DNA of 64,000 nucleotides, from assembly GCA_903813345.2 (NCBI GenBank), contig CAIIXF020000001.1, positions 8,556,001-8,620,000 of the forward strand, in the 5' to 3' direction. A model generated the notes under the pieces. It saw only the letters and a list, made by a program, of their open reading frames with translations. It had not been told where the DNA came from and made no database searches. Positions 15,301 through 26,068 of this stretch are shown piece after piece. The DNA comes from Owenia fusiformis (Eukaryota). Both the position numbers and the translations under genes were made by a program. Position 1 is the stretch's first letter. Each line of letters opens with the position of its first letter.

Positions 15301-18300
15301 GAAATACAGCATTGATAAAATGTAATTGTATGTTATATAGGGAGAAAGACAATCTTTGGCAAAAGACTGACAAGTTGGAGTACATGCAGAAGGTAAAGGC
15401 CAGTGATAAATGGATGGATGACAAAGAAGTTCCAAGTTGCATGAACTGCAACTCAGATTTCTCTCTCATGCTAAGAAGGGTAAGAATTACTCCAATGTAT
15501 ATATTATTAGAAGGTTATGTGGCTACTCAGAAGAACATGTCCATTATTCAAACTCAGTTTTGATTTTGTTGTTGAATATCTTATTGTAGGAATATGTACA
15601 TGTAATTGTTTGAATAGCACTACATAGTTTCACCCAAATAATATAATGAAGATATGCTTTCAATTTACTTGGATGTTCTGAGTGTTGCATATTTAATATT
15701 CATTACTTCATTGCAGCATCATTGCAGAATGTGTGGCCGTATATTCTGTTACAACTGTTCAAACAACTGGACCCTCACTCCACAGAGCAGGTTTGCTTCA
15801 CTTATACCATATAGAGAAAGTAGCAAAATGAAAGATTCTTGTAATTCATCTGTTCTCAATAATTCTCCATAATGATGCTTTGGAATTTGCCAATATACTG
15901 CTATTAATTCTATTATTGTATTGTTACTGTTGTTTTCAATGATTTCTCCCAAATAGTTTTATACTGTATTTGTTTAAAACTTTTTACATCACCACCACAA
16001 GTGGTGACATAATCTTATAGTCTCCCAACTTTTTTATGCATGGGATTTGGTGGTTGGTGTTTGACATCTGTAACAAACGACATGTGATGACATTTTGCGT
16101 GTTAATGCCTTGTATAATTTGGTGGTTTCTTTCTCAGCAAGAAGATCCGAGTGTGCAATGATTGCTTTATGAGCCACAGTGAGCTGAGGGAAGAGAAGGC
16201 TCCCAAAGATGGGGAAGAGGGTGAGGAGGCAGAGGGTGAATTTGAACAATCCATCCAATTACCACACAAACGTAGTCCAAGTTGGAAAGCACCTGATGGT
16301 CAATCTGACCATTCATCCTCACTCACTGGTAATTAAGTGGATTAGTGAATTCCATATTCTGTAGTATAATGTAATACTTTTGTTGCAAGTTACAATTTTA
16401 GATTATTAAATTGCAACACAAATTTTCAATTTATGGTAAAAGGTTTTTATGTCACCACCAAAAGTGGTGACATATTGTTATGGTCTCCGTTTTTTTTGCG
16501 ACGGCGGTTGGTGTCCGGCGGTTGGCGTCCGGCGGTTGGCGTCCAGCGTCTGTAACAATTTCTTACAACTTCCTATAACTTAACAAATACTGTTTAGACT
16601 GACTTCAATTTTTTTCTAAATCATCTACATGTTCTCAGAGGTTCAAATCTGACTTTAGATTTGACATTTGACCTTCAATGACCTTCTCAAGGTCAAAAAG
16701 GTCTTTTTTCAACTTGCTTCACATTGACTAAATTTTTTTTCAAAATCATCTACATGTTCTCAGAAATTCGAATCTGACTTTAGATTTGACATTTGACCTT
16801 CAAATCTGACTTTAGATTTGACATTTGACCTTCAATGACCTTCTCAAGGTCAAAAAAGGTCAAAAAGGTCTGTTTTCAACTTGCTTCAAATTGACTAAAT
16901 TTTTTTTTCAAAATCATCTACGTGTTCTCAGAAATTCAAATCTGACTTAGGATTTGACTTAAGATTTGACATTTGACCTTCAATGACCTTCTCAAGGTCA
17001 AAAAAGGTCAAAAGGTCTTTTTTCAACTTGCTTCAAATTGACTAAATTTTTTTTTCAAAATCATCTACATGTTCTCAGAAATTCAAATCTGACTTTAGAT
17101 TTGACATTTGACCTTCAATGACCTTCTCAATGTCAAAAAAGGTCAAAAAGGTATTTTTTCATCTTGCTTCAAATTGACTAATTTTTTTTTTCAAAATCAT
17201 CTACATGTTCTCAGAAATTCAAATATGACTTAAGATTTGACTTGAGATTTTACATTTGACCTTCAATGACCTTCTCAAGGTCAAAAAAGGTCAAAAAGGT
17301 CTTTTTTCAACTTGCTTCAAATTGACTAATTTTTTTTTCAAAATCATCTACATGTTCTCAGAAATTCAAATCTGACTTTAGATTTGACATTTGACCTTTA
17401 ATGACCTTCTCAAGGTCAAAAAAGGTCAAAAAGGTCTGTTTTCAACTTGCTTCAAATTGACCAAATTTTTTTTTCAAAATCGTCTACATCTTTTCAGAAG
17501 TTCAAATTTGACTTTACAAGTTCTCAGAAGTTCAAATCTGACTTTAGATTTGACCTTTGACCTTCAATGACCTTCTCAAGGTCAAAAAGGTCTTTTTTTC
17601 AACTTGCTTCAAATTGACTAATTTTTTTTCAAAATCATCTACATGTTCTCAGAAGTTCAAATCTGACTTTAGATTTGACATTTGACTTTCAATGACCTTT
17701 TCAAGGTCAAAAAGGTCTTTTTTAACTTGCTTCAAATTTACTTAATTTTTTTTTCAAAATCATCTACATGTTCTCAGAAGTTCAAATCTGACTTTACATT
17801 TGACCTTCAATGACCTTCTCAATGTCAAAAAAAGTCAAAGAGGTTTTTTTTCAACTTGCTTCAAATTGACAAATTTTTTTTAAAAATCATCTACATGTTC
17901 TAAGAAGTTCAAATCAAACCTTCTTAAGATCAAAAGGTATTTTCCAACTTGCTTTAAATTGACCAAATTGTTTTAGGTGGTGACATTTTGTCATGTTAAT
18001 GCCTTGTTTATTGTTGTTATTCATACATTGTAAAAGCAGAATTGGACCCTCAATTGGAAAATGATGTGATAAATGATTTTCCATTTCCTTATACTTCTAC
18101 AACCAAGTTATTCTAAAAAGTCAGTCATTGTGTAGATAGCGATTGTGTTGAAAATAAAACCATGAGATAGAACAAGAAAATAGCCTTGAAATGCTTTTAT
18201 TTGAAGCTTCTAGCTCAATTTTGAAGGAAGTTGCATCAGTTTTTGTAAAATTCAAAATATTGGCTTGCTTATGACACAATCGCACTAGTAGATCGCACCC

Positions 18301-20099
18301 CCCTCCCGACTGAAAGGTGGCTACGTACCTGCAGTTTAGTCTAATGCATATGAGCATATGTACCCTTCTTTATTACAGCTGAAAGCACCACAAGCACAGA
18401 GGAGCTTGAAGCCAGTGTAGGAGAGGATGCCTCAATTATTGACACTGAAACACCAGCTCCAGAGAATTCTGTGTAAGTCCACATGGAGATAAAGATGAAT
18501 CATTTTGGGAACAGCTTAGACTGTACATTAAAAAGTACATGTCAATAAAAAAGTTTGGGATGGGATGTAATAGAAAAGTGTTATCAAATCAATTTGCCAC
18601 AGAAGAAGTAATTTATTTCATACAACTATATGTGACTTCAAGGTATTCACTTAGTCAGAACCTTTGGAAAATATGTTACATTAAAAATTTTGATCTAGGG
18701 CCTAAATAATTGTCTTGTGAATAAAGCCAGATTGACCTAATCTGGTCAAACTCAAGAATCTGGTGTGTCACACTTCAACCTTTTACTTTGTGCACATAAG
18801 GTGCATATCACATCTGTGCTTGCATTTTCCAGTAACATCCCCATTAATGAAGGAGGAGGAAGTTCCCATGATGACACATTTGAATGCATCACCGAGGAAG
18901 AAATATCCCGCTCATTGTCTGAATCTGAATTTATCAGGTCTTCTGATTCGACGTAAGTTATTTCATCTAAGAAACCTTCACTGCACAAGGTTGCAACATG
19001 CTTCATGCAAATAAAAATATCAAATTGAATGAACATTGTATAGACAAGACTTTTACAAAGGAAACAAAAGATGCATCCCTTTCACAATGATTTAACATTC
19101 ATGCTACACCATAATGTCCACAAAACACATTAATTATGTCTGATTTGATTTCAGTTATAATCCGTCCCATTTGCAATTGAGTCACTCTGACCTGGAGAGG
19201 CGCAATAATACTGAGAGAAATAGTGATGTGCCACCTGGGGACAGTTTCACAGTCTCTGTGGAGATCAAAGCTGGAATGGCACTTAGTTGGCACTTTACCA
19301 CTGAGCCAAAGGTAATAAAAAATTTCATATATGTATCAGGAACTCAATTCTACCACCTGGAACTATGGCTTCCTCTAAAAGATAAATAGTTCATTATAGG
19401 TAAGATTAAAGATGAAAATAAAAAATAAAGATAAAACCTGCAATGCAATGTTCTGAAAACCTAGTAAAGTGTAGGCCTTCATATGAAACTTGTCCAACAT
19501 TTTCAGAGCGTCTCATTCAGTGTCACATTTGAAGACTGTAAGGAGGGTGCCTCTTTGAGTACATTGATCCCTGCATGTAAGGTGAACTCCCACAAGGAGC
19601 CAGTGCAGGGTGAACTTACTGCGAGACAGACAGGAACATACTCACTTGTCTTTAGTAACACATCGAGGTATGTGTAATGAAATACCTTTTAAGGCTTTAT
19701 ATCCTGAATACAGGGTATTCCTTACAAAATGAATAAAACTTAAATAATACGAGGAGACAATATGAGACAGATGGCTGCCACCAATTTTCATTATTATTTT
19801 TTAGTTCTTCAAAATTGACATAACCGAGAAATAAGGTCCCCAATTTGAGAAATTCTGCTAAGTTCGAAGAAGACTTATTAGATTGTGCCTTAACATTGCC
19901 AGCTATTTCATGCCAATGAAATACATAGACTTGTTGTACAATAGTTCAAATATCAGCACAGTATACTTTCAATTTATTCATACCAGAATATGTATAATAA
20001 TGCTTGTGTACATCACAATAACACATGAATATTGTGTCTTATCTTTTCAGAACTACTAACAAAAGGTTAAAATACAAACTGGGAATAAAAACAACGTAG
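900..20099 (+). CDS. FYCO1: FYVE and coiled-coil domain autophagy adaptor 1-like (RUN / coiled coil / FYVE / LIR / GOLD), complete spliced CDS
   Basis: Coding exons, all GT-AG with consistent phases: 900-978, 2056-2175, 2527-2639, 2812-2918, 3168-3311, 3730-3913, 4240-4343, 4622-5849, 6800-6943, 7310-7526, 7875-9238, 11898-12038, 12449-12520, 14561-14608, 14887-14984, 15341-15479, 15717-15790, 16138-16328, 18379-18472, 18833-18952, 19155-19311, 19507-19667, 20051-20099 (TAG). Total 5148 nt, divisible by 3. RUN motifs ([40 protein letters not shown]...[12 protein letters not shown]) closely match FYCO1 as I recall it. An acceptor AG at 876-877 implies an upstream non-coding exon. Confidence 0.93.
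1130..1683. mobile_element. Truncated copy (spacer and right arm) of the CAC..GTG foldback MITE family
   Basis: Aligns by eye to 44660-45232 (gtaagaaactggat, tatttattacaggtcgt, gatttatagcaaaa) and ends ...tgatcaccgggcgtg. Confidence 0.8.
3328..3478. mobile_element. Degenerate Tc1/mariner (pogo/Tigger-like) MITE
   Basis: ta-caataaaacctgt ... agtttttactg-ta, i.e. imperfect TIRs with TA flanks. Similar elements lie at about 15075-15252 and 37867-38031. Confidence 0.5.
4622..5849 (+). CDS. FYCO1: FYCO1 large coiled-coil exon 8
   Basis: E/K/Q/L-rich heptad ORF (track 4611..5906). Acceptor ttgtag ends at 4621 and donor GAG|gtaagt starts at 5850. Confidence 0.9.
7875..9238 (+). CDS. FYCO1: FYCO1 large coiled-coil exon 11
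   Basis: Coiled-coil ORF (track 7856..9268) ending ...[17 protein letters not shown]|gttagt. Acceptor tttacag ends at 7874. Confidence 0.9.
9795..11009. mobile_element. ~1.2-kb foldback (palindromic) non-autonomous DNA transposon, TTAA-ended
   Basis: The left arm aactccttcatgactgataaattt... is the reverse complement of the right arm ...aaattttcagtcatgagagagttaa over about 600 bp. The centre is a perfect palindrome, aacaaaatcgatcatatatgatcgattttgtt (10381-10412). Confidence 0.85.
11222..11404 (+). mobile_element. Short Helentron-associated element (HINE family A)
   Basis: 5' atgtcaccacc..gtggtgacat inverted repeat and 3' ggtggtgacattttgcatgttaatgccttgtt. Confidence 0.75.
12727..14556 (+). 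mobile_element. Helentron-associated HINE/DINE-1-like element (family B) with GTCY microsatellite and ~162-bp internal tandem array
   Basis: 5' ttatgtccccacc..gtggggccat, (GTCC/GTCT)n at about 12779-12822, about 7.5 copies of a ~162-bp unit at 13298-14500, 3' subTIR tggtggggacat, short stem-loop and cttgtt end. This is the DINE-1/CvA/MgE-type layout. Confidence 0.85.
15075..15252. mobile_element. Degenerate Tc1/mariner-type MITE
   Basis: aagtaaaacatg...caggtttaactg-ta termini. Confidence 0.4.
15341..16328 (+). CDS. FYCO1: FYCO1 exons 16-18: FYVE zinc finger
   Basis: WMDD...CMNC...[16 protein letters not shown]...RVCNDC contains the canonical WxxD, R(R/K)HHCR and RVC FYVE signature. Confidence 0.95.
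15981..16113 (+). mobile_element. Short HINE family A copy
   Basis: catcaccaccacaagtggtgacat ... gatgacattttgcgtgttaatgccttgt. Confidence 0.72.
16444..18008 (+). mobile_element. Long HINE family A element with internal tandem array
   Basis: 5' tttttatgtcaccaccaaaagtggtgacat, (ggcggttggcgtcc)n, about 10 units of ~125-170 bp (tcatctacatgttctcag...tttgaccttcaatgaccttctcaaggtca...), 3' ggtggtgacattttgtcatgttaatgccttgtt. Confidence 0.85.
19155..20099 (+). CDS. FYCO1: FYCO1 exons 21-23: C-terminal GOLD domain
   Basis: [18 protein letters not shown]...[40 protein letters not shown], a GOLD beta-sandwich pattern. Stop TAG at 20097-20099. Confidence 0.88.
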
Positions 20100-20406
20100 T
20101 AACATGACATCACCTGAAGTATCCCATACCACAACCACACCAGTTTATAACCCACGTGATATATGGCAAACAAGACAAAAGCATTATAAAAAGCTCAACC
20201 CCTATATACACTTTTGAACAACATGTACTATGAAAACATTACAATACGAAAATGATACTCAATATGTTAGATGCTCAGTATTATATACTGAAAGTATTAT
20301 AGCTGTCCTATAATAAACTTTGAGGACCTTCAGGGATGGAGATTACTTATATCAGGATATGGATCACATAGGAGATCTAGAGTTGGCAGATAACAGTAAA
20401 GATATG

Positions 20407-20975
20407 ATTGGACCATACATATTGGACACTGAATGGACCATAGACATTGGACTCTGAATGGACCATACAGATTGGACACTGAATGGACCATAGACATTGG
20501 AGTCTGAATGGACCATACACATTGGACACTGAATGGACCATACATATTGGACACTTAATGAGCCATACACATTTGACACTAAATGAGCCATACATATTGG
20601 ACTCTGAATGGACCATACACATTGGACACTGAATGGACCATAGACATTGGAGTCTGAATGGACCATACACATTGGACACTGAATGGACCATACACATTGG
20701 ACACTGAATGGACCATAGACATTGGACTCTGAATGGACCATACACATTGGACTCTGAATGGACCATACACATTGGACACTGAATGGACCATAGACATTGG
20801 ACTCTGAATGGACCATACACATTGGACTCTGAATGGACCATACATATAGAACACTAAATGAGCCATACATATAGAACACTTAATGAGCCATACACATTGG
20901 ACATTGAATGAGCCATACATGTTGGACACTGAATGGACCATTGGACCATACACATTGGACTCTGAATGGAACCTA
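20407..20975. repeat. 25-bp minisatellite (attggacactgaatggaccatacac)n, ~22 copies
   Basis: Directly visible tandem units with variants (actct/acact/agtct; tacac/tagac/tacat). Confidence 0.95.
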
Positions 20976-21170
20976 TGCATACTTAAGATTTACAATGAAA
21001 TGTTGCCATGATTTTGATTTTCTTAACATAGATTTTGATTTGTCTCAGTCAAGCTATCGTATATCATCAAATATGGCCTTAAAAAGCACCTTATTTGAGG
21101 TTTGCTCTCTTTCAAACCTTGATTTGTGATGCGTTCAGTCACTCATTTTAGTCAAGAAGATTTAGGTGAA

Positions 21171-24100
21171 AATATTTCAAAAATATATAGAAGCAATTTT
21201 AAGGTGGATTTCAAAACTTCCTACCATTCTTTTGAAAACCTGAAGTGGCACCAAGCAATCCATTGACTTTTTCACCGAAAATCCAAGATGGCCGCCACGA
21301 TGTATCAAAAAATCATAAAAAATGACTAAAGTTATGATTTAATAAGTCAAAATAGTTGTATACTGATCAAACATGACTAATAATAGTACCTATCAGAAGT
21401 TCATATCCATTTAAAGTCATTGGATCATTTTTGTGTGAAAACTGGAGTCCCACAAGGCTCAGCTTTATGTCCGCTACTTTTTTTGTATTGACCATGGCAT
21501 TTGCACATAGCAATGCATAGAAGTCCATTTTTGTAACATGTGCACCTTGGATTACATTTCACCTTACACCCACACTTGACCAATGCTTCGCATGCTGCTT
21601 GAGGAAGGGCTGTATATAGTGGCACCAGGAGGGACATGTCATACTGCCAGCCCCATGTTGTGAACTCCGATACCCATGTTGGATTGAGATTGTACAGCTG
21701 GCCCCAAACAATACCACCTTGGTAGGGCAAGTTCTTAAAATTTTCTGTGCAAGGGCTCCTTTTGTTGGTGGCATTCTATCAATGACTATATGGCCATCAC
21801 AGAACATTTGCATTTGTGCTGCATCGATATCTATCTGGTTGCTGGTTCGATCATATACTAGTGCAGTAAAACGTTTTTGGGACTGAATGGCATGAACTGA
21901 CAAAGTCAGGTTTGTTGTAACCATTTGTGCTACTTGTAGAAAAGCTGGAGTAACTTCCTTGAACACATTCCATAGCTTGAAGGGCAGATTCTTTGCTATT
22001 GGCCAAAGGATGGTGCAGTTATATAATATAATTTAATACCTGTATTTTTTGAGAGGTCAGAAGGCAATCCAGCTTGGCACTTATTGCACCCTAATGCTGC
22101 AGTCATGGCAAGAACAACTACACCAGTATCTCCACTGATTCTGTTTATGAAGTCTTTTTTACCCTCTGAGGTCATCTGTTTTACCTGAACAAAGAGTCTA
22201 GTGTAGTATCAGCTTCTTCATGAGTAGAAGGTTCAATCATTACTGTCACTAGCAACTGAGGAAAGCACTTAACAGATTCCACAATAGTCATAAACATCAA
22301 CCTCAAAAATAGAGTTGGCCAGGAATGCTAACAGCTCAGTCTTGTTCTGGTTGTTTCTTAGAAAGCCTAACCAATTCTGGAACATCACATTCTCTGCATA
22401 AACCATCCATTGCCACAATGAATCCTTGTCAGGGACTTCCTACTGTTTTATAGGTAGATATCCCAGATAATATCTTATCTTGAAACACCTTCCATAGGCT
22501 GCCTTAACTTGGGATGAGACATTGGTACCATATTCTTGGAAGTTGGTAGCCACACCAGGATGCAGGTGGCTTTTCCAATACTTCAGATTCATCTGGCTTA
22601 GCTTCTTGACATTAAATAAAGTCTGCTTTTGTTGTAGGTTTCATGGCTCCATGCTTAGGTATGGATGGCGGGAACTCATGGTTTTCATATTTTAAAAACT
22701 CAGACATGTCATTGTGTCTTGATTGGCATGCAATGTAGAGTAATAGCAAAAAGGTCACAATCATTTCTGAGTTCCTTGACTTCAGGATTCACTTGCTTGC
22801 ATAGTTGGTGTGGTCTAGGGAGAAAGAAAGAATCATCTGCAGTGATTCCTGAGGTCAAGAAACTGAGAGAAGAAAATTACCTTTTTGCTATGCTCTATAT
22901 TGCTTGCCTTTGACAATCAAGACATAACATGTCTGGGTTTTTCAAACATGAAAACCACGAGTTCCCGCCATCCCTAGCTAAGCATGGAGCCATGAGACCT
23001 ACAACTAAATGACCTACCTAAATGCCTAGAAACTAAGCCAGATGAACCCAGAGTATTGGAAAAGCCACCTGCAGATGCAGTTTTAATAGACTGCTCCTTT
23101 CTGGTGTTTCATGCCAAGTCAATTAGGCAGCTTATGGAAGGTGTTCCAAGATTAGATTTTGTCTGAAATGTTTACCTACAAAACAGTGAGAAGTCTCTAA
23201 CAAGGATTTATCATGGCACTGGTGCTAGAAGGATGATCTATGCAGAGATGCACAAATGCCACAGTATTGACCAGCCTTTCTAACATCCAATGGAACCAGA
23301 CTAGGCTGTTTGCATTCCTGGGCAACTTTATGTCTGAGGTTGATGTTAATGAAAAGCAAATGATAACTACCATTTGGGAATCTCTTCAGTGCTTTCCTCA
23401 ATTGCCAGATACAGCAATGATTGAACCTTTTACTCATGAAAAAGCTGACACTAGGCTCTTTGTTCATATAAAACAGATGACCTCAGAGGGTAAAAAATAC
23501 TTCATAATCAGAAGTGGAGATACTGATGTCCTTTTTCTTGCCATGGCTGCAGCATTAGGGCACAATAGGTGTCAATCTGGATTGCCTTCGGACCTCTCAA
23601 AAATTACAGGTATTAATATATATTATTTAACTGCACCATTCTTTGGCCATAGCTAAAAATCTGCCCTTCAATCTATGGAATGTGTTCAAGTAAGTTACTC
23701 CAGCTTTTCTACAAGTGGCACAAATGGTTACAACAAACCTGCCTTTGTCAGTTCAAGCCATTCAGTCCCTGGAACATTTTACTGTTTTATTATATGATTG
23801 AACCAGCAACCAGACAGATATCAATGCAGCACGAAGGCTAATGTTCTGTAACGGTCATAAAGTCATTGAAAATTGCACAAAAAATCTTAACTTGCTAACC
23901 AAGGCAGTATAGTTTGGTGCCATAACCAAAATGATTATAGAGTTCACAACATGTGGCTGGCAGAATGACATGTCCCTCCTGATGCCACCATGTACAGCCC
24001 TTCCTCAAGCAGCTAAGGCATGCCAAGCATTGGTCAAGTGTGGGTACAAGGTGAAATGTGGTCCTAGGTGCACATGTTACAAAAATTGATTTCTATACAT

Positions 24101-24454
24101 TGCAATGTACAAATGCCATGGTCAATGAAAGTCATTGGACTAAAAAAGTAGGGGACATAAAGTTGAGCCTTGTGGGACTCCTGTTTTCACACAAAAAAAA
24201 TCTAGTGACTTTAAATGCATATGACCATCTAATAGGTACTATTATTAGTCATGTTTGATCAGTATTTAACTATTTTGACAAATTAAATGATGATATTAGT
24301 CAATTTTAGTGATTTGTCAATACATTGTGGCAGCCATCTTGGATTTTTTGTGAAACAGTCAATGGATTGCTTGGTGCCACTTCAGGTTCTCAAAAGGATG
24401 GTATGAAGTTTTGAAATCCACCTAAAGATTGCTTCTATATATTTTTGAAATATT
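21171..24454. mobile_element. 3.3-kb palindrome of two head-to-head decayed DNA-transposon 3' halves (AcademX-like)
   Basis: 21171-~22797 is the reverse complement of ~22838-24454. The arms carry frameshifted remnants HENHEFPPSLAKHG, HEKADTRLFVH, SGDTDV, WIAFG, MPPTKGAL..YQG..W..GW and CGCKVKCNPRCTCYKNGLLCIAMCKC. Confidence 0.8.
22930..24130 (+). pseudogene. Decayed XPG/PIN-like nuclease and Cys-rich zinc-finger transposase fragment (right arm)
   Basis: ORF 23240..23656 contains HEKADTR...DTDV with stops and frameshifts around it. The mirror copy is on the - strand at about 21480-22700 (ORFs 21425..21730 and 21559..21966). Confidence 0.7.
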
Positions 24455-25080
24455 CTGTGAACTTATCTCCTCTTCAAACCTGACTATTTAGGTTTTTATG
24501 ATTTTCAAGTAGAAATGATGAATAACTCGATATTGTATGTGCCTGTTTGCAAAGCATAATTTTACTGTGAATGAATGTGATTTTGTAATGTGCAATAAAC
24601 ATATCATTTATGATGTGATAATATGAAGTATTTATTAAAGAGAGAGTGAATGCTGTAATAGTAACAATGAAATGTATGTAAATCAAACCTGTACAATGTG
24701 AACTCCACTTTAAGGTGCTCTTACATAAATTAATTTGATGGAAAATAGTTGTACCAGAAAGTGTAGAAATGTGTATATAAAATAGAGTATGTTTATTTAA
24801 ATTTTAAATTGTATTTATATATAGTACTGGATGTTATATTTAGAATTGAATACCTTAAGATATTGAAATTTTAGTTAGAAATACACAGTTTGTGCCACTT
24901 TGGTAGCTATGAACCCATGTTACTAACAATGTACCAGTATACCTTGATGAAAATTTAGGCCTGGTCACTAGATATTGGGAGGCCTATCATTATATCCAGA
25001 AATATTCTAAATAATCTCTACTGAAACATTGTTTTAAAAAACAGCCCAAAGTATTTGAGAATCTGAGAATCAATTATTAA

Positions 25081-25366
25081 AGGCAGAATCGGATTTGTAG
25101 GGGTGACAAAAAATGCAAGCAACATGTCAAATTGATCTAGCAATGTGTTCCTTATGATCTCCCAAAAGGTCCATGACATGTTGTAATTTGAAGTTATTTA
25201 AGATTCAAAGTACATAATTGTAAAAATCTTTTGCTTTCCTGCATTAAAGTATGCTTTCAGGGTATGTTTTGAGAAACTAAGCATACAGCAAGGAATTATT
25301 TGAGCCAAAATATTCTAAAATTGAAACAAGTTTTGTTAAGGTCACTCACTCGATCTGATACTACCT
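25081..25366. mobile_element. Kolobok-type MITE
   Basis: TTAA|aggcagaatcggatt ... cgatctgatactacct|TTAA: imperfect TIR with RR..YY termini and TTAA flanks. Confidence 0.6.
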
Positions 25367-25600
25367 TTAACTAAGACACAAAAATCAAAATATATTCGCA
25401 TGACTCACAATATTGAAATACATTATACTTTGTTTGTTTTGATTACCTGTTCATATAGCCCATGGGCTATTTAGAGTTATTTCCATAATAATATCCATTA
25501 TTCTCCAATTTTTGTCATTTTGTCACATTCTGATTTTTTTACTTGCCAAACACTGCAATGGGAGTTGGTGATAAACATGTAAATAATCGGAAGCAGGTAT

Positions 25601-26068
25601 TAGTGTTGTCGCGATTAATCGATACATCGCGATATACATCGCCAAAGCTGGTTCTGGCGATGCATCGATGTCTGAAACAAAACAACGATGTTTTTAAATA
25701 ATTTTAATTTGCTAAAAATCGCCCTTTCTTATCTTATTTTGACGCAAATTGCTTACCTTTTTTCATGTCTTATTTCATTTTCAAATGTTTTCTGATATTC
25801 TTTCGCTTTAAAACTGTTTTAGCTAGTCGAAATGAACCATTAATCTAAAAAAATTACTTTACTTTCATTTCACCGTTACTTTGTTCCCGGATGTACCAGC
25901 ATACTCTTATTACTTTGTTCTGTTCGATATTTTAGTGCATTAGCGTTCGGTATTTCAGTGCACTTTTCTCGAACTTTTTCTCGATGTACATCGCGATGTG
26001 CATCGATGTTTACTACTGAAAATTGCTGATGCATCGATGTACGATTATGGCACATCGCGACAACACTA
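25601..26068. mobile_element. hAT-superfamily MITE, 468 bp
   Basis: TIR TAGTGTTGTCGCGAT / ATCGCGACAACACTA, perfect 8-bp TSD GCAGGTAT (25593-25600 and 26069-26076), repeated subterminal catcg motifs. Confidence 0.92.

Noticed and set aside
20407..20975. CRISPR-like appearance of this and the other tandem arrays
   Set aside because: Units are contiguous with no unique spacers, the context is eukaryotic and there are no cas genes.
20330..20980. Overlapping minus-strand repetitive ORFs (74-171 aa)
   Set aside because: Artefacts of the 25-bp minisatellite. The same peptides cycle through all frames and there is no splice or domain support.
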